Part shown: positions 49,501 through 55,941 of the stretch, piece by piece
Numbering within the stretch: position 1 is the first letter of the stretch
Layout of the letters: each line of letters opens with the position of its first letter
Source of the DNA: Macrostomum lignano
Lineage: Eukaryota
DNA length: 55,941 bases
Direction of reading: 5' to 3'
Assembly (NCBI GenBank): GCA_002269645.1
Contig: NIVC01001218.1
Coordinates: 1-55,941, forward strand
Translations under genes and position numbers: made by a program
The notes under the pieces: model-generated
What the model was told of the DNA's origin: nothing
The model's input: the letters and a program-made list of their open reading frames with translations, nothing else
The model's database searches: none

Positions 49501-51223
49501 TTTCTGCAGCAGCACCAGCAGCAGCAGCAGCAACAGCGAGACTCTGCAACTGGCAGCGACAGCGGCGGCGGCAGAGGCAGCTTAGACTGCGGCTCCAACC
49601 CGGATTTGGACCAACTGATGATCGAAGCTGTCCAGGTGCTCGGCATTCACATTATTGAATTGGAGAAGGTCAATGAATTGTGCCGCGACTTCTGCTCGAG
49701 GTATATTAATACCGTGCGGTGCCGCTATCAGCAAGCCGACTTTCTGCAGCACGGTGCGTGTTCGCTTTAAACTTCATTCGTGTTTAATGAAGCCCTGAGT
49801 CTTAGTTCAAACCCATGAGTCTCAATTCAAACCCCTGAGTTTCAATTCAAACCCCTGAGTCTCAATTCGAACCCCTGAGTCTCAACTCAAACCCTTGAGT
49901 CTTAACTTTAAACCATTCTTACGCTTAGTTGAGATCGATCAGTTTAGTCTATGCACTATTTCAATTCAAACTCCTAAATATGGATCGAAAGCCCTAAATC
50001 TTCAGTCCGAACTCCCTGAGTCTTCAGTCCGAACTCCCTGAGTCTTCAGTCCGAACTCCCTGAGTCCTCAGTCCGAACTCCCTGAGTCTTCAGTCCGAAC
50101 TCCCTGAGTCTTCAGTCCGAACTCCCTGAGTCCTCAGTCCGAACTCCCTGAGTCTTCAGTCCGAACTCCCTGAGTCTTCCGAACTCCCTGAGTCTTCAGT
50201 CCGAACTCCCTGAGACTTCGGTCTGAAATCCCAGAGTCTTCAGTCCGAACTCGCAGAGTCTTCAGTCCGAACTCCCCGAGTCTTCAGTCCGAACTCCCGA
50301 GTCTTCAGTCCGAACTCCCTGAGTCTTCAGTCCGAACTCCCCGAGTCTTCAGTCCGAACTCCCGAGTCTTCAGTCCGAACTCCCTGAGTCTTCAGTCCGA
50401 ACTCCCTGAGTCTTCAGTCCGAACTCCCCGAGTCTTCAGTCCGAACTCGCAGAGTCTTCAGTCCGAACTCCCTGAGTCCTCAGTCCGAACTCCCTGAGTC
50501 CTCAGTCCGAACTCCCCGAGTCTTCAGTCCGAACTCCCTGAGTCTTCAGTCCGAGCTCTCGAGTCTTCAATCCGAACTCCCTGAGTCCTCAGTCCGAACT
50601 CCCTGAGTCCTCAGTCCGAACTCCCTGAGTCTTCAGTTAAGAACTCCCCTGAGCCGCCGTCCCGCCCTGTGCCGCCCGCAGACTCCATGCCCAATTCGCC
50701 CAGTTCCGAGTCGGGCGACGCTTCGCCCTCGACGGCGGCGGCAGCCGGCGGCCAGTCGCATTCGCAGCAGCCGCACGCGACGGCGGCAGCAGCCGCGGCG
50801 GCCGCCGCAGCAGCAGCAGCGGCCATCCATTCCGGCAACGGAGGCAGCCAAAACGGCTTCTACGGTGGCCACCCGTCGCACCTGTACCCCGATCATCATC
50901 ACGCTCATCAGCATCATCACCTGCTGCACAGCGGCGGCGGCAGCGGCGGCCCAGCTTATCCCCACTATGCATATCCCGGCTCGGCAGCGGCGCCCAGACA
51001 GCCCGGCCACCATCCGGGCTTGATGCCGACTGGCGGCGGCGGCGGCACTCATATTCCGCTTCCGCTGCATCAGCAGCAGCACCATCAGCAGTCCAGCCAT
51101 CACCATCACCACCAGATGGGCAGTCCAACAGATTCGTTAGACGATAAAAACAAGCAAAAACGCGGCGTTTTACCGAAACGCGCTACGCAGATAATGAAAC
51201 AGTGGCTATTTCAGCATCTAGTG
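37501..51223 (+). CDS. prep: PREP/PKNOX-type TALE homeobox transcription factor (3' part lies beyond the window)
   Basis: Exons 37501-37820 (putative first; AA|GTGAGT, phase 2), 49314-49753 and 50637-51223. HM domain IYAHPLFPLLASVLERCEAST...LDQLMIEAVQVLGIHIIELEKVNELCRDFCSRYI. Homeodomain start KQKRGVLPKRATQIMKQWLFQHLV|. RGVLPK and VNELCxDFCSRYI are PKNOX-like rather than Meis-like (RGIFPK, VHELCDNFCHRYI). No HPYP exon was found in the window. Confidence 0.9.
39709..43404 (-). mobile_element. Full-length P-element-superfamily (THAP9-like) DNA transposon, 3696 bp
   Basis: Perfect 32-bp TIRs CAGGGAATCCTAAAGACCTGGAAGTGACACTG (39709-39740 / 43373-43404) and a 7-bp TSD GACTGAC. Subterminal IR GGTCCAAC(T/C)CAGGCCGAT near 39757 and 43333. 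One long transposase ORF. Confidence 0.95.
40133..43015 (-). CDS. THAP-domain P-element/THAP9-like transposase, ~960 aa, intronless
   Basis: THAP C2CH: MGYKCCVFGC...FPKD...RWL...RVCSKHF. RNase H-like catalytic motifs LIIDEV, SCDNSSVN, DTTHNIKN, SDPLERQFG. No stops or frameshifts. The ORF track starts 15 codons earlier, at 43060. Confidence 0.95.
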   Translation of the reverse strand: MGYKCCVFGCKSGYASQKTENVSYYAFPKDTNLRQRWLRAIPNADLNASEFQRVCSKHFTESDFVKSSSDANQRRKKRRFSASDSKLHLIRLKDDAVPSQFEGLPKYLSKPITQVRSQNATSAARFMGDQVRLDEEISDFFGSDELCDFSDLIQKLEQATIPSGFVRSKEADSVSFYLITRSDSISAPCLLASMTVLQDLTFQVFISGLSCSDSMFKHLLKDDSLHVRQLSTLENMLALIKSSATVAVDSRNSNVSSAFVEGVLKVYLESLSDDSELSSNVNFLAEQFSLIHQKVSARRYSPSTTVFAYLIFSTSRAAYKAILENGALCLPSVRSLVRLNAVLSKEPGVVEEMYLQLRTESLSSREKHVVLIIDEVATAKRIEFNCDSAYGLASDGKMTSSILAFLIKSVGASYQDVVGLFPVNCLTALDLCNMAKEVIAAVTKSGFEIVALSCDNSSVNRKFYSMSAVPEHGLSMRHPCDDQKEIFLLMDTTHNIKNVYNNFQRRGVFHCPAFDNCSNFVARFSDVEAIFEIERGQSSKIAFRLSEKVLRPLNVERTSASLAAAVFDDTTVSALRLYSSTKSTEVDTSTFNSTANFLSMIRKLWAILNVRTPFAGQQLRRPESEPLTNMQDWQLQYLADFVGFLKKWRAVSTGADGLTNETFGSLIQTCSAIPLLCAKLFSTGHFDYILLGKLLSDPLERQFGKYRQMSGGLYFISAKQVVQSENKLRMTSLLKHSEIDLLRLKKSFMKDVEQEDTDVSLRAAEIFADVSDEPCMTLRSNEMGCLNVMFYIAGYLSKSISKGCADCREFLVSEDKVPPMEVTLDDAPNRDFLVRQSSRGGLCCPSDSAFVLCMTAFNSFELIKGSKQLLQKLLSFKPHQTFASVVIVKTQNCAKFSARRFRCSNHSLRQVIRQFSFRLLNCFLKNLSSEANRPSVVGKRKSGEQKRTEDCSRKLAKLNP
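43619..43640 (+). promoter_or_regulatory. Perfect PBX-PREP/MEIS decamer TGATTGACAG next to a GC box
   Basis: TGATTGACAG at 43619-43628 is followed by CCCCGCCCCG, with E-boxes (CACCTG, CACATG) just upstream. Confidence 0.5.
43968..44302. repeat. Adjacent 30-bp (~7x) and 29-bp (~4x) tandem arrays
   Basis: CTCAGATCCTCAGGTTTGAGCAGTCACTCT units, then GACTTCCACAATCCAAGATCCTCATGTT(G/C) units. Confidence 0.9.
47351..49241. repeat. 28-bp minisatellite (GAGAGATCGGAGAGTGACTTAGCGGCTA), ~65-70 copies
   Basis: 1.9-kb array ending about 70 bp upstream of the prep HM-domain exon acceptor. Confidence 0.97.
49794..50636. repeat. Related 20-bp and 22-bp minisatellites filling prep intron 2
   Basis: TCAATTCAAACCCCTGAGTC (~5x, 49794-49905) and TCCGAACTCCCTGAGTCTTCAG (~28x, ~50001-50636). 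The last unit supplies the acceptor AG. Confidence 0.95.
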
Positions 51224-54200
51224 GTGAGTTATTATAGTTTCCATGCGTCTGATATCTATCATTTTTCATTAACTTAAACACAGCAGCTTTTCCCAGAACA
51301 GTCAGCGTGTGAGAACGCGTGTTTTTTTCATTTTCATAGCGTTAGTTAGAAATTAGATTTCATGTTTTTCAGTCTGAGAGGTTATTAAGGTTATTAAGAC
51401 GCAGTATAGTGAAGAGAAAGTGTTTTTTGTTTTACACACAGGCTTGGAGGCAAGAATGCCTAGGTGGGACCGCCTGTCCGGCTCTCTCACACACAGGTAT
51501 GTAGAGCCCCCGTGTGTAGTGTAATGTGTCTCCCCCCAGGGGATGGTTCTTAGTTGGCTAGCGATATGCTGCAGTTTCACCAGGCCCAAACGACACACAC
51601 ATAGAGGGGCTTGCTGCATCTCTTGACACCTGGAGGAGAGGAGAGGTGATGAAGCAAGGCCAGATAGGGAGGGGGTGCCTGCCACTAGAGTCCTTATCAA
51701 GAGGTGTAAAACGGTTGTCAATCAAACGCTTGGAGGGGGTGGGGTTGTGGGCTCGAGTGGGGGGTCGCGGAGTGAGGTTGTGTTGTTAAGGCCTGTGGCA
51801 GCGCAAAGTCACAGTGCAGCGGGTTGCCAGCACGCAGTGGCTTTGACAATTTATAAAACATTTGCCCTTGTCGTCTGTCTGCCTGCCAGCCTGTCTGTCT
51901 GTCTGTCTGTGTTCGCGTGGGCGCTATCTGTGAAACACTAGCTATTTTTTACAACACGAAATCTTTCTCATTTGTAGGCCTTCTTTAAGTGTGTTTCTTC
52001 TGCAAGTAAATTTACTTTACCTGATTCGTATATTGTCATTATTAAAAACGGTTTTTAATCTCCAGCAGTGTGTTTCGTATCGGTGCGTGTTTTATTTTTA
52101 TCTAGAGTAGTTCTTGTCAATTTTTGACAACCTGCCTGGACAGCGTCAGGATGTCTGGCGCCGTTCGGCCAGTGCCTTGTGAAATAGAGTATGGATTCTT
52201 TTCTGACGGCTGGTTTTAGGCATTAACAATTCAGCCAATTTTCAGCTTAGCTTATTAAATCAGACAATTAAAATTCAATTTTATGAGTGCCAATTATGAT
52301 TTTAAATCTATGATCCGATAATTATTATAACCGCCCTATGAAATTGCGGAAGCAGCGGACCGATCAATTTGCACCTTTTGTCACACCGACCCCTCATCCT
52401 GTTACGTTTTTACCTGCCAAACTGGATTTTTTTGGGGGATGATTTCATCTTATTGAAGTTCGCACCCACTCGAGGCTTTTGGCACCTGCTAACTCATTCT
52501 GAACACAATTTTTAATAATATTATTACTCCAGCCTCCTCACTTAAGCTTTTAATAGTGCGAAAGCTTTTGAGAATACGGATTGGATGCTGGCTCGCCGCC
52601 TCTTCAGCCTCGAGCCGCTGAGGGCACCGCTTTCCCACTGCCTGCTCCCCCATCTCCCTCTCAGCAGCAGCTCTTCCCAAATCCCACATTCCCCTCCTCC
52701 TTTCCCTTCTTACTCTCCCCTCTTCACCCTCTCTCTGTATACCAAACTAATGACTTGTGTATCGGTATGTCGGGCGGCCCAAGCCGAAATCTGATTGACA
52801 CTTGAAATCGACCAAATCCTGTAGTTGATTGACGCGGCCCTCGCAGGTCGGGGCGGAGCGGGGTTGGGAGGGGAAGCGCGCCTCGTCCTCTCTCTGAAGC
52901 TATCCCCGTATCCGAATTTGCCAGCTTGCCACCCGAACCACTCCCCCCATCTCTCCCCGTCTCTGCTTCCTCAGCATTTGCTGCAATAAGTCGCAAATGC
53001 ACCATCCGCCCGATCCCCCGGGCGACCTCTCGGGGCAAAGCTTTGGAGCCCTTAGCTTGCTCGGCGTGAGGCCACTAAAAAGAATCAAAAAGGAGAGGGG
53101 GCGGGAGATTTTTTTTAACTGTGTCGAGAAAGGCAAAGCGGGGCTTTCAACCGGTGGGGTCTGATGCGGCCGAATCTGCGGGGATATATTATTCCGCAGC
53201 GTCCTTCGCAGCGGAACTCTGCCCTACCACCGCCTGCTTATATGCATTTACTAGTAAGAGAAAATGCATTTCGAATATGCGCTACCCCGCTGTCCCGACC
53301 CAACCAACCCCCTTTATAGATTGGGGGTGCTAGCACTACAGAGGCTAGGGGATAAATAGAAAAATCGCCCTGCACCCCCCATGGCCCGATGATTTCTCCT
53401 TAATGACCGACTGGGGCTCCGCCTATTAATTCACAACAGTTGTATCGCTTGCTGCCATCACAACATGGTTTGCTTAGGAATTTTCTACTCTAATTATTAT
53501 TTTCTTGTAGTATTGCTACGGCTTTTCTCCATATATAGAAGTTTTTATCAAGCAATCAATTGCACTAGGAAATAGAGATATTCCTAGCGTTTGATCCTTT
53601 GTTCCTATTTTATCAATGAACAGTCAGTAAACAGTGCAAGTCTTTGTTTACCTCAGTTCGATAGATTCTCTATCTTTTCTTCTTTTAAAAAAGAAGATTT
53701 TCATCTTCACAGAGCCATTATAAAATAGAGTCTGAGAGAGTTAAGCGCTAGTGGCAGAATACAAGTAAACTACACCACGCCTGTTGCTTATGCAAAACAG
53801 TTGTTTCTTTACTTCAAACCTATGCTTCACTTTGGATTATTAAACATATAAATTGTGTAAACAGTTGCTTTGTTAGTTTCTGGGTACTTAGAGCGCCTCT
53901 GCAAGCTCCATAGCTACTCAAACTACTCATTGGTTTGTCTGTCGTTAAGATGGCCGACGGCAATCAACTTGAATGTCCAGCTTCTCCTCCCACTCGAGTC
54001 ATCATCATCATATCTAGCTGTCTTAGGTTATGATTATAAGTGTCATAAATTTATGCATTTGCTATAATATAAGGCATGCGGGGCGGAGTCGTAGCCAGCC
54101 AAGGTAAGACATGGTGTTCTCAATTGTTCTCAAATTGGAGCTTGGAACAGAGGAACACAATATTTATCCCCACTTGTGACGCAGATATATTAGAGAGATA

Positions 54201-54878
54201 GAAAGTGGGACCAACTTCCCCAGCCGTGCCCTATGGCTTGTAGACACTCGAGTATCTTAAAGGTTAGCTAAGAGTAATCGAATTTTCTAAACTATAAGTA
54301 TTTTAAAGATATAATACCATCAGATATTGTTAGTCTTAATTCCTAATAACTGGGTGACGACTAGGGGGTTGAACTATATTTGATTGTTAGCCTATGGTCA
54401 AGTTGACGTCTTCTCTGTATAATAAATAGTTATAGTATGTAGTAATAATAATATGAAATAGTCAAGCTGGACAGGCGGGGCAGGCGTGGCCTGCAGTTTA
54501 TATTATTTTATACGCAACGCAGCGGCGGCCCCTTAGCCGTAGTAGCTTTCTAGCCAGAGAGGAGCGCCAGATGTCTGTTGTCTATGGCATGGACCCCGAC
54601 TGCGACAGGGGAGAGAGAAAGTGGCGGATGGGGAGGAGCGGAACTGCAGGCCGCCTCCCCTTGTGGTGGTGCGGGTCCGTGAAGTGTCTGATTAAAAATG
54701 CATCGAATATATTCGACTAGGCATGCCTTGGCTCTAGATTCTGTGAACCGTTTCCCCCATTTTGTTGAACAGCCATTAACCATAGATGAAATATTGAAGG
54801 AATTGTCGTCCGTCCGTCGGGCATTAAAAGTTGGCGACTGCGATCCCGCCGCGCCGCGCCGCCCCGCCCCGCCCCACC

Positions 54879-54909
<31 letters not shown>

Positions 54910-55180
54910 TGCTGGTGGTCACCCCTGTAGCGCTCAGGTGTCTGTCTGTCTCTAATGGCCAGGTGAAAGTCGAATTTGCATGTATGAGTGGACACGCGAC
55001 AGAAATTTGGGAATCAAATAATATAGGCAAAAGACATAGTTTTTAGGATCCGGGTTGGCAGACATATACCAACAGGACCCCTTGACGACAAAAAATTGCT
55101 ATATCACCGTTAAACTTTTGAGTTTTGATTTTATTAATTTTTAAATAGAATAGTGATAGTACACGTAAAAATCTATCGGC

Positions 55181-55665
55181 GCTAAACTGGCGCTAAAGTC
55201 TCGCCTTTGGCGCTAAAATCTTGCTTTTGGCGCTAAATTGGCGCTGAAATCTCGCCTTTGGTGCTAGAATCTCACATTTGGCTAAATTGGCGCTCAAATC
55301 TCGATTTTGGTGCTAAATTGATGCTAAAACCTTGTCTTTGGCGCAAATTTTGGCGCTAAAATCTCATTTTGGCGCTAAAAACTCACCGTTGGCGCTAGAA
55401 TCTCATCTTTGGCGCTAAAATCTAATCTTTGGCGCTAAAATCTCACTGTTGGCGCTAAAATCTCATCTTTGGCGCTAAAATCTCATCTTTGGCGCTAAAA
55501 TCTTACCGTTGGCGCTAAAATCTGACGGTTGGCGCTAAAATCTCACCTTAGGCGCTAAAATATCGTTGGCGCTAATATCTCATTTTGGCGCTAAAAATCT
55601 CACCGTTGGCGCTAAAATCTCATCTTTGGCGCTAAAATCTCGCTTTTAGCGCTAAATTGGCGCTC
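55181..55665. repeat. ~20-bp minisatellite (GGCGCTAAAATCTCATCTTT), ~24 degenerate copies
   Basis: Tandem GGCGCTAAAA-anchored units. Confidence 0.92.
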
Positions 55666-55941
55666 AAATATTCTGTTCACTGACTGAGAACGGAGATTGG
55701 CAAAATGGTTTGCTAGTTATTAATTGTCTGGTCAGAATGTAATTATTTCCTTAAATTGTCTGGAAATTCCCAAAGCTCCTTTACAAGCTCCGTTTACAGC
55801 ATAATTAGTGCAGTGGCTGGCTTCATTAAATTTATAGATGACAACAGATGATAGCAGTTCTTTACGCGCTTTTTCTCCCCAGTTATTTTTTTCAAGCCTA
55901 CGCTCGTATAGTATTCGTAGTTCCCTACTGCTAAAAATTCA

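Noticed and set aside
49314-51223. Calling the TALE gene Meis/homothorax
   Set aside because: Diagnostic residues (RGVLPK, VNELCRDFCSRYI, CEAST) fit PKNOX/PREP better.

Overview
Eukaryotic, intron-rich metazoan DNA. The microsatellite- and minisatellite-packed introns, (TATC)n/(TTA)n tracts and GC-rich exons resemble the flatworm Macrostomum lignano; this species guess is inference only. All gene models were spliced by hand using GT-AG sites and phase matching. Main content: (1) two convergent paralogous ionotropic glutamate receptor/IR-like genes that lack the amino-terminal domain and have a non-canonical M3 gate (10364-17506 +, 19816-24689 -); (2) a 3-exon minus-strand gene or pseudogene with Mab-21/cGAS-like (cGLR) nucleotidyltransferase motifs (27679-29807); (3) a PREP/PKNOX TALE homeobox gene that starts near 37501 (+) and runs off the window; (4) an apparently intact, intronless THAP/P-element-superfamily transposon in its first intron (39709-43404; perfect 32-bp TIRs, 7-bp TSD). 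Six TGATTGAC PBX-PREP/MEIS-type motifs lie in the prep introns. The left end holds co-oriented orphan ORFs and pseudogene fragments. The rest is MITEs, a SINE, a LINE 3' fragment and many private tandem arrays. Most short ORFs in the track are repeat artefacts or shadow frames.
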